64,000 nucleotides of DNA from assembly GCF_009914755.1 (NCBI RefSeq), contig NC_060925.1; one strand, 5' to 3'. Shown in pieces: positions 1 through 26,759 of this stretch. This stretch comes from the human T2T-CHM13v2.0 reference genome, Homo sapiens. Each line of letters opens with the position of its first letter. Position 1 is the first letter of the stretch. Under the pieces are notes generated by a model, which was not told where the DNA came from, made no database searches, and saw only the letters and a program-made list of their open reading frames with translations. A program made the translations under genes and the position numbers.

Positions 1-787
<787 letters not shown>

Positions 788-2669
788 TGTCTATTCTGGT
801 ATACCACTCAGCTCTGCTGAATTAGACTCTCTAGAGCTGGGACCTGGGCAGTTCTCCTTTAACCACGTTCTCCATGCAGAGGACTTCAAGGCACACTCAA
901 GTTGGAGACCACAGGGCTTCATTCTGTGTCCTCATGTAACTCTTAAGAAAATCAGGAGTCCATTCCGAACCCTTGGGTGAACTGAAGGCAGGTGGAGATC
1001 AGGGGACTTGGGGGAGGCAGTGAGGGTGGAGGGCAGGGGTCAAGCACCCAGGGCCTCAGGTCATCTGTGTCCATCCCCTGAGGCAGGCTCTGGGCAGCCC
1101 TCCCTGAGGAGGTAGCCCTGTCCCCAGGGCCCTGGATGGTGAGGATGACCCAGCCTTCGTAACCCTGCCCTCACACACAGCGCTCACTCCAAAGCTTGCT
1201 GGAATCATCTGAGGCTACCAGTGTCTACAGCACATCGAGCTACCCTTATGGAGCCTGGGACCAGCCCCAGGAAGCCAATCTCAGCTCAGGAGCCAGGATT
1301 TTAGTGCAAAGCTGCGCCCCCTTCTGTAAACCATGGTTCTCCTGAGAAACAGCTCATGCCTTTGGTAAGCTCCTGGGCCCTGGGGAGATGGAACACCTGA
1401 CTTGCGGCACCTGGGGACCATGTGACCAGAGCTGAGCACTGTCTGACCTTGCCACAAAGTCAGGTGTGCCCAACGGTTTCTGTCATCAAGGGGAGAAAGT
1501 ACACGTGGGTGAGGGCTGAGCGCAGGCATGTCCTGAAGCCCAGCTGAGCCTCTCAGCAGGCAGCTCCTTCCCCAGAGTCCCTTCTCCAGCTTCCCAAAGC
1601 CCCTGCGTCCGCCCATACCTTGGGCACAGGTCCCTAAGACCAACTGAACACTCGAGCATGAGCCAGGCAGACAGCCTGGGTGGATGCCAGCAGAAAGATT
1701 GGTGAAGACTGGATCTCCTGGGCAGAAGCGGTGACAGGCACATGGCGTCCAGTGTGAGGCTGGAGGCATCAGGGAGCACAGGGATGCAAGCCCCTCTACG
1801 TTCTCCCTTGTCATGGCTGGGTGTGAGAATGACCTTAGGCAATGGGGTGGGGCATGAATATTTTGAGCTTGTGCCAGCTGTGTGGTGGAGCGTGGGCCTG
1901 TACGGAGGCACTGCACTCCCATCTCCCTCGGCTCCCAACTCCCTCCGTGGGAAGCTGAGTTCAGGCACTGCCCCTCCTGTATGGACAGGGAGCCACTGGT
2001 CCCAGCTTGCTGGTTGCCAGGCAACCCAGGATGAGCCTTCGAGGTCATTCCTCAGACAACTCTGAGCTCTCTCCACAGCCTGGGAACAGATGGTTCCGCA
2101 GCAGCCAGCCCCAGCCTGAAATGAGTTGCGGAGGCACTGCTGCCTGTCTCCACCAGCAAGAGGGAGGAGAGGCCCTTCCCGTGCCTGCAGCAGTCCAGGG
2201 TAGATGCAAGCAGAAAGACTGGTGAAGACTGGAGCTCCTGGGCAGAAGCACTGACAGGCACGTGGGGTCCTGTATGAAGAGCTGCACTTTGTGTGAAAGG
2301 AAAGGTGGCCCAAGGTCTGGCTCTACTTCAGCCGGGGCAGTGGCTGGTGGTCTTGCCGGGTGGGCCAGTCTTGGGAGGGGGTGATGGGGAAGTTGGTGAA
2401 ACAGAGGCACTGGGTCAGCAACTATGTGGTGGGACTCTCAGAAACGGCCCAGATTACAAGAGAATGCTTGACCCGAGTGACTGTTTACCAAAGCCCTCCC
2501 CCTCAAAAGAGGCTTTTAACAGTCAGGTGACACCTGTGGGTGTCACCATCTTCCCTTTCTCTATTATTAGGACCTGGACAAAATTCAAGAAGATGTCCCA
2601 ACCACATGTAGCCTTACCTTTGATACTTCCAATTGCAATGAGACTTAAATTTTAGAATAAGAGATACAC

Positions 2670-2983
<314 letters not shown>

Positions 2984-3460
2984 GAGGATACAGACCATTT
3001 ACAGGGTTTTTCCTGGTCCATTATCCTGCTCTAATAATGCCAATCAACATGTGATCATTATTCCCTGGGGACAGAACTAGTCACCACTAGTTTGTGACTC
3101 TACCTCATTTGAGGTGGCATCCAGGGTGACATCCCAGACTTCCTTACCTTACTTGAAGCACGATGAGCCTTAATTTTCGAATAGAAATGTTGACCAGCAA
3201 GCCAGCTTTTTTTTTTTTTTTTCCAGGACAAGGATAAATTCCCTTAAGAATTTTGCAAACATCACATGTTTTCTTTCCCCTTGTTGCAATATATGTAATT
3301 TATCTCCTGGTGTAACTTGCTTAATAGTTACCGTTTGTTAATTCCATCTGCTTCCCAAGAGGAGAACATACTGTTACGTGGTGAAGTCCTGGGTTCTGTG
3401 AGTCTCCCATAAGCCACAGCTGGTCAAGAAACGAATCAATGGGGCCACGAACAAAGTGGC

Positions 3461-3888
3461 CATGGAAGCAGGTATGGGTGAAGGCATGAGGGCAGGCACG
3501 GGGGCAGGCAAGGGGGCAGGCAAGGGGGCAGGCACGGAGGCAGGTATGGAGGCAGGTATGGAGGCAGGCATGGAGGCAGGCATGGGGGCAGGCATGGGGG
3601 CAGGTACGGGGGCAGGTACGGGGGCAGGCACGGAGGCAGGCACGGAGGCAGGTATGGGGGCAGGCATGGGGGCAGGCATGGGGGCAGGCATGGAGGCAGG
3701 TATGGGGGCAGGCACGGAGGCAGGTATGGGGGCAGGCACGGAGGCAGGCATGGAGGCAGGCATGGGGGGCAGGCATGGAGGCAGGTATGGAGGCAGGTAT
3801 GGGGGCAGGCATGGGGGCAGGTAAGGAGGCAGGCATGGAGGCAGGTAAGGAGGCAGGCATGGGGGCAGGTATGGGGGCAGGCATGGAG
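3461..3888. repeat. 12-bp minisatellite, unit GGCAGG(C/T)A(T/C/A)GG(G/A), ~35 copies
   Basis: Directly visible tandem array; one 1-nt insertion (6 G) at ~3764-3769. Confidence 0.97.
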
Positions 3889-4217
3889 GTTTTGCCCAGC
3901 TTCTCCAGTACGACCTTCCCTCACCAAAGCCAACCTGGTTGCCATCACCTCTGAGTGGCCACACCTGAGCCCTTGTGGCTCAGCCAGCCAGCTGGTGACT
4001 GCCTGGTTACACAAACATTTTCCTTCATGGAAGACAGCAATTTGTCCTCCTTCGATGGATCCTTGTTGTCGAGCTGGACTTGCGTTTCCATCCTCCCTCT
4101 GCACTTCCAATCAGGGTCTCACTGAAGGGCACCTGTTGGGTGTCCTACAGGACATTGCCTCCTGCCGAGAAGCTCATGCTTCTGTGAAGGCTGCAGAGGT
4201 GTGAAACAGTGGGCCAG

Positions 4218-4569
<352 letters not shown>

Positions 4570-4715
4570 TCATTGGACTTTCCTTATACCCATGACCCTG
4601 GGTTAGGTGGTCTCTGCATGGTGAACTGCCCTGGCAGCCAAGTCACACCACCTTGGAAGCCTGCAGATCTGCAGAAGGGGGCATATGCTCTGTGCCAGTA
4701 ACAACATGTGATACG

Positions 4716-5001
4716 GCCGGGTGTGGTGACTCCGTGACTGAAATCCCAGCACTTTGTGAGGCCAAGGTGGGAGGATTGCTTGAGCACAGGAGTTTAAGAC
4801 CAGCCTGGGCAATGTAGTGAGACCCCGTCTCTAAAAAAAAAAAAATTAGCCAGGTGTAGTGGCACACACCTGTAGTCTCAGGTACTTGGGCAGCTGAGGT
4901 GGGTGGATCACCCGAGCCTATAAGGTCAAGGCTGCAGTTAGCCATGATCACACCACTGCACTCCAACCTGGGCGACAGAGCAAGACCTTGTCTCAAAAAA
5001 A
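4716..5001 (+). mobile_element. Alu (AluJ-like)
   Basis: Diverged dimer with J-type features (gaggattgcttgagc, aggctgcag); CpG-decayed 12-bp TSD. Confidence 0.9.
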
Positions 5002-5947
5002 CACATGATGCTGTTTCTCCTGGAGTCAGTGTCCATGGGTCTGGGAGCCAGTGCAGGGAGTGGCACATCCTTGGTCCTCAGGGGAGGACTGGATCCATCA
5101 GGAGGTTAAAAAATGATTCCTCTGAAGTGGAAGCTGAGACTGTCACCACCACTGAGAAAACAGATGATAAAATATGAGTCATTATGGTGTGACCCTGAGT
5201 CTCAAAGGGAAATGGAAGCTGCTGTTGAGCAGAGATAGGGAGGATCTGAAGAGCCCAGGGTGGGGTGGGATCATCTGAGATGCGTCCTGGTTCCCCCATG
5301 CCCAGTGGTGAAGTCAGTGGAGAAACCTCACCCTTGATGGGCAAACACACAAGGGTTCAGGTTCTTCCTGAATAAAAGTCTGTGTCCTGAATGAATCCTC
5401 TAGCTGCAGTGCCTGTGCTGGCTAAATGCAAAAGGAACTTAGGTAGAGCTGGAGAGAAATACTGCCCTCGGGACCAACAGGATGGGAAGCCCCTTGGTGG
5501 GGCCTGTGGAGGGACTTGGGGGCTGGCCTGGAGCAGTCAGAGGGAGCCTGGCCAGACTCGTCCAACCCCTCCTGGAGTCACCCATGACCCCAAGTCCTTC
5601 CAGCCTTTCTTTCCTCCTTCTCCAGCCCCAGGGGCCTGGCTCTCTCTTTCTGTAGGAAAGGACAGGGCCATTGGCCCTAGATAATAGTTTGGTCTGGTTC
5701 CTTCTTTCCAGAGAACCCTACTACCTTGAGGAGGACGCCCCACTGCCCCTTTCAGAAGTGGCACCGAGTGGTGTCAGAGCCTGGGTCTATAGCCTACTGC
5801 CTGGATTCCTGTTCCAGCTTCCAGCACAATCACTTACTAGGATTGTGTGTGTGCACATGGCTGTGCATGTGTGTGCCCAAGTGCAAGTTACTTAGCCTTT
5901 CTATGGCCTTAGTTTCCTCCCCTATAAAGAAAGAAAAACACCATCTA

Positions 5948-8720
<2,773 letters not shown>

Positions 8721-8954
8721 GAACGTAGTAGGAGTGTAAATTAGTACAACATTCCTGGAAAAGAAATCAGCAGCATTTGTCAAGAGCTTTGCCTCATTAA
8801 TTTCCCCGTTCTAAGGGAATAATTGGAAATGAGGACAAAGATTTATGTAAGATCAGAATTGTTACTTTAACACTTGGCAGAACTGAGCAGGCATGGGTGG
8901 AGTTTTCTTTACGGGAAGATATTTGACTACTGATTCAATTCCTTTACTCACAAG

Positions 8955-14125
<5,171 letters not shown>

Positions 14126-14809
14126 TGAAATCTTGAGGCTGAGGATGATGGTGCATTCCTTCAGAGAACATTTGCATTTGCTTCTATCAGGTACTAGGGG
14201 CATTACAAGCCCGAGGTCATTTTCAACTGAATTCACAGTTTGAAGATGTGTAGAGCATGGGAGGTGATGTGAGTTTCTTGTGCGATTCTGCATAAGGGGT
14301 AGTGTCAGGATGCAACTTCTCAGATATCTGATTGTCTTCTTCCTGCTCTTTGTGGCACCAGGGCATATTTCCTTGCAGGCCCCTGGGGGTGGGGGATTGG
14401 TTTCTTCTGGTTCACCCTTACTCTGAGAGTATGACACTTTGGGGTCTCATATCAGATTCTCCTTCTTGGTTAAGTTCTGGACTTTGTGAGACCACCCAAC
14501 CTGAAGCCCCTGTATACCTGGCTAGCAAATGATCTCAGGAAAAAACAGGCTTACCTCTCATTTCACTTACGTTTGACTGGTGATTTCATTATTAGCTGGT
14601 CATTGATTTTCAGGAAGATGTTTTTAGGAAGATGTTTACCAGAAACTGTACTCCCTAAAGCTTATGTACTGAGATGTCAATTGGCAAACTAGTTATAATA
14701 GGTAAAATGTTATAATAGGCAAATGTGTTCAAAACAGGGGAATTATTAAATAAATTTACAAGATAACATATTGCAATTATCATGCTCATTTGCTAAAATA
14801 CCCTTTATG

Positions 14810-15272
14810 GCAAAGACTGCTTGGTGTCCACCAAAATCTATTCTCTCTTTCTTTTGTATAAACAGTAGAGTTACTTAGCTGCCCACCTAGAGACTACAGT
14901 TCCCAGCCTCCCTGCAGCTGGGTGGGGCTATGTCATAAGTTATTGGCAATGGATGTGAGCAGAATTGATGTGTGTCACCTCCAAGTACAGGCTTTAGAAT
15001 TTAGGTGCCTTCTCCTTCATGCTCATTTCCTTCCCGTGGGTTAAACACGGACCATGGTTTGACCATGAAAATTAGGAGGACACCTTAGGGGATGTCAGAG
15101 GAGCAATGAGATGGAAGGAACCTGGCATTGAATGACAGCAGGGCACACAGTGGCCCCAACAACCTGGACCACTTATCTCAGGATCGTTACATGAGAAAAA
15201 AACACTTATGTGAAGCTGCTGTATTTGGGGACAGCTTTGTGACAGCACCTTAGCCTCATCCCCAACTAACAG
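14810..15272 (+). mobile_element. Old MLT1-type LTR fragment
   Basis: agactacagttcccagcctccctgcagctgg; gatggaaggaacctgg; ctttgtgacagcac...ctaac. Confidence 0.65.
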
Positions 15273-16369
15273 AGACCCATTTAATAATGCTCCCGTCCAG
15301 GGATATGTCCAGTACATTAATCCTAGTTCTCAACTTCCTCCAGTCTTAACCTCTCTTTGGGTCTCTTCTAGGGTCTATGGTTTATCATTATCACTATCTC
15401 TTTGCCAATACCTGGAACTCCATAACCCCTCTTTGACTTCATCTTATTTGCCTGGCAAAACCCATCTGTCTTGGTGCCTGCACTCAAGTATCTGAAGATC
15501 ACTGACAAATTCGTACAGCTGAGCTGAGCAGTGCCACTGTTCTCAAACATCAAAGGGACTCGACACGGAAAACTCTACTGTTTTTCTAACACGAACAGTT
15601 TCTTTCTTCTCCTCTTTCTCAAGGTAACTATTTCACTTCTTTTCCTCTTTCTTCAAATTTCCTATTTCCCTTTCTAGATTCATTCTCATTTGATTTGGTA
15701 ACCTTGCCTGACTATTTATTGAGAGAATTAATGCCTTCAGTCACACAGACACCTTTTCATCTTTCCTCCACAAAATCTGCAAACCCATCTGCTTCTTCCT
15801 ACTTTGGAGATGTTGTCCCTACTTCTCTCAAGGGTGTCTTTTTTTTCTCTCTCTTCTTTCTTCTTTTCTTCTTCTCCTCCTTCTTCTTCCCCTTCTTCTC
15901 TTTCTTCTCCTTCTTTTCCTCCTTCTCCTTCTTTTTAAGACAGGGTCTCGCTCTGTCACCAAGACTGGAGTGCAGTGGTGCAATCATGCCTCAATCTCCT
16001 GGGCGAAGTGATCCTCCCACCTCAGCCTCCTGACTAGCTGGGGCCACAGGCATGGGCCACCACCCATGCCTGGCTATGTTTTTTTGTCTTTTGTTTTTTG
16101 TAGAGACACAGTGTCTCTATGTTGCCCAGGCTTGTCTTGAACTCCTGGACTCAAGAGCTCCTCCTGCTTCAGCCTCCCAAAGTGCTGGGATTACAGATGT
16201 GAGCCACTGTGCCTGGCCTCAGAATGTCTTGATTCTGAATCTCTACCTCTTTTACTTTATCAAAGTGTTTCCTTCTCTACTGGGTCATTTCCCACCACTT
16301 TAAAAACATTTCTAATATCCACTCTCCACCCCCAACACACACACAAACAAAACAAAAGTAAACTAATGG

Positions 16370-17307
<938 letters not shown>

Positions 17308-17315
<8 letters not shown>

Positions 17316-19018
17316 CACACACCATACACCACACAACCCACACACCACACCACCACACACACACACCACACACACCATTTCACCACACAACCCACACACC
17401 ACACCACCACACACACACCACACACACCAAACCACACCCACATCACACACCCCACACACACACCACACATATGCCACACCACACACACACGCCACACCAC
17501 ACACATGCCACACCTCACACCTCCCCACACAAATCACACACACACCACACACCACACACACACCCCACATGACACACACACTACACACACCACACACACC
17601 ACACTCCACACACACCATTTCACCACACAACCCACACACCACACCACCACACACACACCACACACACCCTAGACACCACACAAACCACACACACCACACC
17701 CACACCACACACCCCACACCACACCCCACATACCACCATACACACCACACATACCACCATACACACCAAACACCACAGACACCACACATACACCACACAG
17801 ACCCCACTCACCACACACACCACATACACGACACATACTACACACCCCACATACCACAAACACCACACAAGCAACAAACCATACACACCATGCACACACC
17901 ACACACGACACATACTACACACCCCGCATACCACAAACACCACACAAGCAACACACAAACCATACACACCATGCACACACCACACATGACACACATGCCC
18001 CACACACAGCATATACACCACACACAACACACACACACCGCACAAACACACACCCCACTACACACCCTACACACACACCATGCACACCATACACACCACA
18101 CACACCACACATATCACACACCCCCACGCACCACACCACACAGCACACACACACCATACACACACAACACACCACACACATACAACATACACACCACACC
18201 ACACACACCACACGCCCCCACATGCCACACCACATACACATCATACACACCAAACACCACACACGCAGTACACACCACACACCATACAGCCCACACCACA
18301 CACACAACACACAAACCACACACACACCATATACACCAAACACCACACACACAACACATGCAACACACACACTATATACACCACCATGCACACATCACAC
18401 ACCACACACCCCACATACCACACACACCACATACACCACACACTACACACACACAACCACATGCCACACACACACTCCCCCGACACATACCACACACACA
18501 TCACACACCACATACACCTCACACACCACCCCCACACACCACAAAGATCACACACACCACACCACACACACACCACATACCACACAGCCCACACACCGCA
18601 CCACACATACACACCACACACATACCACATACCCCACATACCACACACACAGACACCACACACACCACATCCATACACCACACCACACACACTACACACC
18701 ACACATCCCACATACCACACACACCACACACTACACACATACACACACCCCACACACCCCATACACACCCTGCACACCACACACATCACACACAGAGACA
18801 CCGCCTATCCCACACACACCACACACCCCACATATCACACCACACACACCACATCCACACACACCACACACACACACAGCATACACAACACCCATAGACA
18901 CCACACACCACACACACACCTCACGTACCAAACACCACACACACAACCACACACCACACACCAAACACACACCACACACATACCTCACACCACAGACACA
19001 CACCACCCCCCGCCACAC

Positions 19019-19056
<38 letters not shown>
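17308..19056. repeat. Complex CA-rich tandem array (CACAC/CCACA variants), ~1.75 kb, ending in pure (CA)n
   Basis: Directly visible, with internal block duplications. Confidence 0.97.
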
Positions 19057-19057
<1 letters not shown>

Positions 19058-19100
19058 CAGGTGCTCTGGACCTATCTGTCAAATTGCATGGGGCAGCTGA

Positions 19101-19250
<150 letters not shown>

Positions 19251-20590
19251 TAATTTTTGTATTTTTAGTAAAGACAGGTTTCACCATGTTGGCCAAGCTG
19301 GTCTCAAACTCCTGACCTCAAGTGATCTGCCTGCCTCGGCCTCCCAAAGTGCTGGGATTACAGGTGTGAGTCACTGCACCCAGCCCAGTTTTCTTATCTG
19401 TAAAATGGGTGTTGGGTCATATGTTCCTCCTGCCAGTCCAGGTGCCCTCTTCACCTTTCTCCATTCTGCGCTGGGCCTAGAGGCTGACCTCTCCCCAGGC
19501 TCCAGCTCTCACCAGATTCCAGGACCTTCCCTGCTCCCCGGCTGGTAAGAGCTTCCTGCTGCTGCAGACCCTTCAGGCTTCACCAGCCTTTCTTGGTTCC
19601 TTTAACTCTGCCCAGCACTTTGTAAGAGTCCCTTCATCAAACCCACAATACCCCTTTGAATGTGCCATCTGTTTCCACCCAGGGCCCTGATTGCTGCAAT
19701 AATTGGTACCAGAATAGCTCTGGGAGACAGATCCTTGGAAGGGATTCTGGGGTTGGGTTGCTCATGCTTCTTGATTAGTGCGTGAATAGCCTCCTTGACA
19801 TGGGGTATTGGACAATGGTCATCTATGGCACACAGTGGCATCACAGTTAGTTACTTTATGACCAGTGGTGGCTTGATGTTGGGAGATCAAGTGGCTATGG
19901 CATTTAGTCAATATGACGACAATAATGACTAAGAAATAGTGACAAAGACTGTGGCGTGGGCTTCTGACTGTACATTTGACTGCCCTAGAAACACACACAA
20001 AGGAACAGACTGAAAGCCTTGAATTCCCGACTCAGTGCAAGGCTGGAGATTCCGAAAGGCCCTAGGGTGGCTCTGAAAGTATCTTTGGTCTCTGCCAGCC
20101 ACAGGGCAGATGGGGCTGAGAACCAAGCTCAGGCTCTGACTGTGAGGATCACAGAGTCGCGGAGCCAATTAAGTGCACAACCTCGCTCAGTCTCTTCTGC
20201 TAAGGGAAGGGCACTGGTTAAGAAGGAACAGATCCCAAGATGGGGACATTTGGATAGAACTTTGAACACCAGCCCCTCCTGAATCTTCCCTGTTGGTAAA
20301 GGCAGCACCCCTTGTCTTCAGTCTGAGAAAACTGGTCTTTCCCAGCACAGAAATCTTTCAGTGACTTCACTTGAAGTGGTTGCCTCACCAGGGAAGATGC
20401 ACCCCAGGATACACCCCCATCACCTCTCGTTTCCTCCAGGCCTATAATGAGAATTATATCCCCATAGAGCCCAGTCAAGAAAAGGACAAGGTGTATCCCA
20501 GGAGGAGAGAGTTTATACATTAAAGGAGTTGCAGAACTTTGACAATTTGTATTGGCAGGAGTCTGGGTTGCATCCAAGGGTGGTAGATTA

Positions 20591-20728
<138 letters not shown>

Positions 20729-22317
20729 TTAAAAAAAAAAAAAAAAAGATTAGATCAGGCCAAATGAGTGACACAGGTGTGCACCCAGCACTGGGGGTTG
20801 TGTTGGCTTGAGTACCTGGAGTGGGATTACCAGTCTGAGCTGGTGAATTGCAACCTGGATCCAGTCGTGGCCTACAGAGAAGCTGAGATGCTGGCACTTC
20901 CCTGGCAAGCTGTGGAGGGAGGCAGAGGGAGAAGGGCACCCCTTCACCACAGTTCCCAAAAGCTCTACGTTAGTTCTCCTCTATAGGCTGGAGATAATGT
21001 AGGACATGCCAAATGCAATCTGGCTTCTTGCTTTCCTGACTCAATGGACTTCATATCAAGGAAGTTTCTAGGAGACCCAGTGGTCTGGGGCACGTCAGGG
21101 TAGCTCCTCTAAAAGAAGAGACAAGTTGCTGAGCCTTAGACTGCGCACTACAAAGAAAGAGGCAAAATCTTTGATGGGACTCTGGATTTTTGAGGCAACC
21201 TATACCACATTCAGACCCAGCCGTGGGGGAGGCCCGAGGGTGCCAATTAACCTTGGAGACCAGGTTCTTTACGATAAAGCCCAGGGAAGGAGCGACCCTC
21301 ATGGATCAGCACCATGGCTAATCATGGTGTCCCAGGGGGTGATAGGGACTACATCTCAAATAAAAGCACCCCCCCCCCGAAAAAAGTTAGGTGCAATGCC
21401 GGTTGCAGCTGTGGTCCCAAACATGAGATTGTTAATGGAACAAATCAGCACGGCCCCCGGCCTGGTGGCATTTGATCCCCAAATGCTTTCTTTTCTATTT
21501 CACCAAGTAAAGATAGTTGGAAATAGTGTGCCTTGGTGTAGCAGGGACAGCCGTACACCTTCACTCTGTTGCCTCGGGGCTTTGCCAGCTCTCACAATGT
21601 CAATCATAATCTAGTCCAAAGGGTCACTGATCATCTTGACATAGTTCAGAACATTAGGCTGGCCCACTGCATTGATGACATTACGGTAATTGGCCCCAGT
21701 AAGCAGGCCATTGCAAGCACTCTAGTTTCTTAGTAAAATACTTTATGCCAACTGAAGGGGGTACACTCCACAAAAATTCAGTGACATGCCATGTCAGTGA
21801 AGTTTCTAGAAGATCCAGTGGTGGGGGCCATGGCATGTCAGGATATTTCCTATAAAAGGAGAGACAAGTTGCTGCACCTTATACTGCCCACTACAAATAA
21901 GGAGGCAAAATCTTTTATGGGACTCTGGATTTTTGAGCCAACATATATCACATTCAGCTGTGCTGCTCTACCCATTTACTGCAAAACCCATAAGACTGTA
22001 AGTTTTGAGTGAGGCGTGGAGCAAGGTAAGGCTCTGAAGCAGGTCCAGGCTGCAGAGCAAGCTCCATCACATGAGCTTATGACTTGGAAGTGACTGTAGC
22101 AGATGATGCTGTATGGAAAAGCTCCAACAGGAGAATCACAGTACAGTTACTGACCATTAGGTTTGGGATTAAGTCATGCTGTCTTCTACCAATAACTAGT
22201 CACCGTTTAAAAAAACAGTTCCCAGCCGGGCGCGGTGGCTCACGCCTGTAATCCCAGCACTTTGGGAGGCTGAGGCGGGCGGATCATGAGGTCAGGAGAT
22301 CGAGACCATCTTGGTTA

Positions 22318-22999
<682 letters not shown>

Positions 23000-23689
23000 C
23001 TAGGAATGGCATTCTATTACTGAATAGTATATATAAGATCAGGTCTGAGCAAGTCCAGAAGGCACAAAGAAAGTGCATGAGCGGGTGGTTCAAATTCCCG
23101 GGATACCTACCCTTATTGCTTCACTGTTTCTTTCTCTACCCACACTTGGTGAAGTTGCTATGACCAGTTAACACAGCGGAAAAAGCACAGACATGATTTC
23201 TAAATGAGTCTGCATGGTACCTCAGCACAACTACAAAGAGACAGCTACTGCATTATAGCCACACTCAGGGTGTCCCTGCAGGACAGCGATGAAGGTTCTG
23301 TCCCAGCAAGCAGAACCTCTGGCTGTGTGGATTATCCACTTGCACGGAAGGAAAGATGACCTGAGAGGCAGATCCACACTGGCTCATGAGCAGTGGCTAA
23401 CAAGTCAGGGGCTGGCTGGGGGCTTACAAATCACAAGACTGAGAGATTGGTGATGAGCAGGTGTAAGGGAGAGAAATACGGATGGGCTGCTTGAAATGGG
23501 CAGAGGTGGTGAAGCTAATTTTAACACACGCAAGTACCCTGAAAGGGCATCTATTGTGGAGAAGCCCTCAGTAATCAGGTGGACAAGATGACCCATCCTG
23601 TAGATGGCAACTTCTATTCCCAGCTACCCTGGTTCTTGTTTAATGGGCCTATATACATGCTGTGGTGGCAGGGATGACTGGCTATGTGT

Positions 23690-25086
<1,397 letters not shown>

Positions 25087-25197
25087 ATAGACTCAACACA
25101 TTTCCCTCACCAGATCTGACACGGCAATGGCATCGTTGAGTGCCAAGCTGTCCAACAGCAAAGACCAAGCTGAGTTTCCTACATGGCACCATTCGCT

Positions 25198-25637
25198 GGG
25201 GGTCCCCAAGACCCTTGCAGGAGTTCTGTGAGGTCAAATCTATTTTCATATTAATACTAAGACATTATTTGCCCTCTTCACTGTCATTGAGTGTAGAGTG
25301 GAATTTCCCATGGGCTACATAGCAAGCATACAACAGATCAAATGCTGAAGATTTGAGAATGTTGCTGTCTTCTATTAAGCCAGCTCTGGAGACCTGCCAA
25401 AATGTCAAATGCTATTCTAACAAATTTTGTTTTGAAAAAGTTATTTTTCATTAAAAATCTTATGTTAACATGGAATGGGTTTATTAGTTTTAAATTGATT
25501 AATAAAGTTTTAATTTCTAATTCAGTAAAACTGATAGATATAACTCACATTAAAAAAAAACCCACTGGGATCCTCAAAGATCCTAAGTTTCTAAGAGTGT
25601 AAAAGACTCCTGAGACCAAAAATGGTGAGACTCACTT
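25198..25637. mobile_element. hAT-type DNA transposon fragment (family uncertain)
   Basis: ggggtccccaagaccctt...gaggtcaaatctattttcatattaatactaagac and gagaccaaaaatggtgaga resemble hAT MER elements. Confidence 0.55.
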
Positions 25638-26367
25638 AAGGGGGCAAGCTAGTCACCCACTGGCAGATTGACTACACCGACCCCCTGTCATGAAGAGAGC
25701 AGTCTTTCCCTTTCCTTCCCCTCCCCTCCCCTCCCTTCCCTTCCTTTCCTTTCCTTTCCTTTCTTTCCTTTTTTTTTTTTTTTCCCGGAGTCTCACTCTG
25801 TCGCCCAGGCTGGAGTGCAGTGGCATGATCTCAGCTCACTGCCACCTCCCGCTCCCTGATTCCAGCAATTCTCCTGCCTCAGCCTCCTGAGTAGCTGGGA
25901 TTATAGGTGTCTGCCACCACGCCTGGCTAATTTTTGTATTTTTGGTAGAAACAGGGTTTCACCATGTTGGCCAGGCTGGTCTCGAACTCCTGACTTCAAG
26001 TGATCTGCCCACCTCGACCTCCCAAAGTGCTGGGATTACAGGCATGAGACACTGTGCCCGGCCCAGAACACACTGGTCTTAAAACAGGCCCTGCAACCAG
26101 AAGAAGCTGACTGGGCAGAATAGAGTTACGGCGCCAGGTGGGAGACAACCCCCGCAGCTGAGCTGTTGATGGGTAGGAAGCAGCACACGCTTGAAATCAA
26201 TGGCTAATATACGGTCCTACCTCTTTGACAGCCAAAATACACAGGCCCAGGGACCAAGGGATGGATATGGGAGTAGCTTTTCTCACCACTATTCCCAATT
26301 ACCCACTGGAAGAGTTTTGGCTTCCTGTGCCCTAAATTTTGTGTTCAGTGGGTGAGCTTTATGCTCA

Positions 26368-26759
<392 letters not shown>

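Noticed and set aside
3456-3888. Plus-strand GGRH/GGRY (RGG-like) reading of the 12-bp minisatellite
   Set aside because: Contains TAA units, the flanking plus frames have more stops, and splice signals and the duplicated unit favour the minus strand. Not fully excluded.
5371-5376. Plus-strand AATAAA suggesting a processed pseudogene ending here
   Set aside because: No poly(A) remnant or flanking TSD follows; the locus shows intron-like signals on the other strand.
21126-22012. ERVL pol-like ORFs (162 aa and 73 aa) as functional or domesticated genes
   Set aside because: Short and frameshifted, with the catalytic motif decayed; fossil only.
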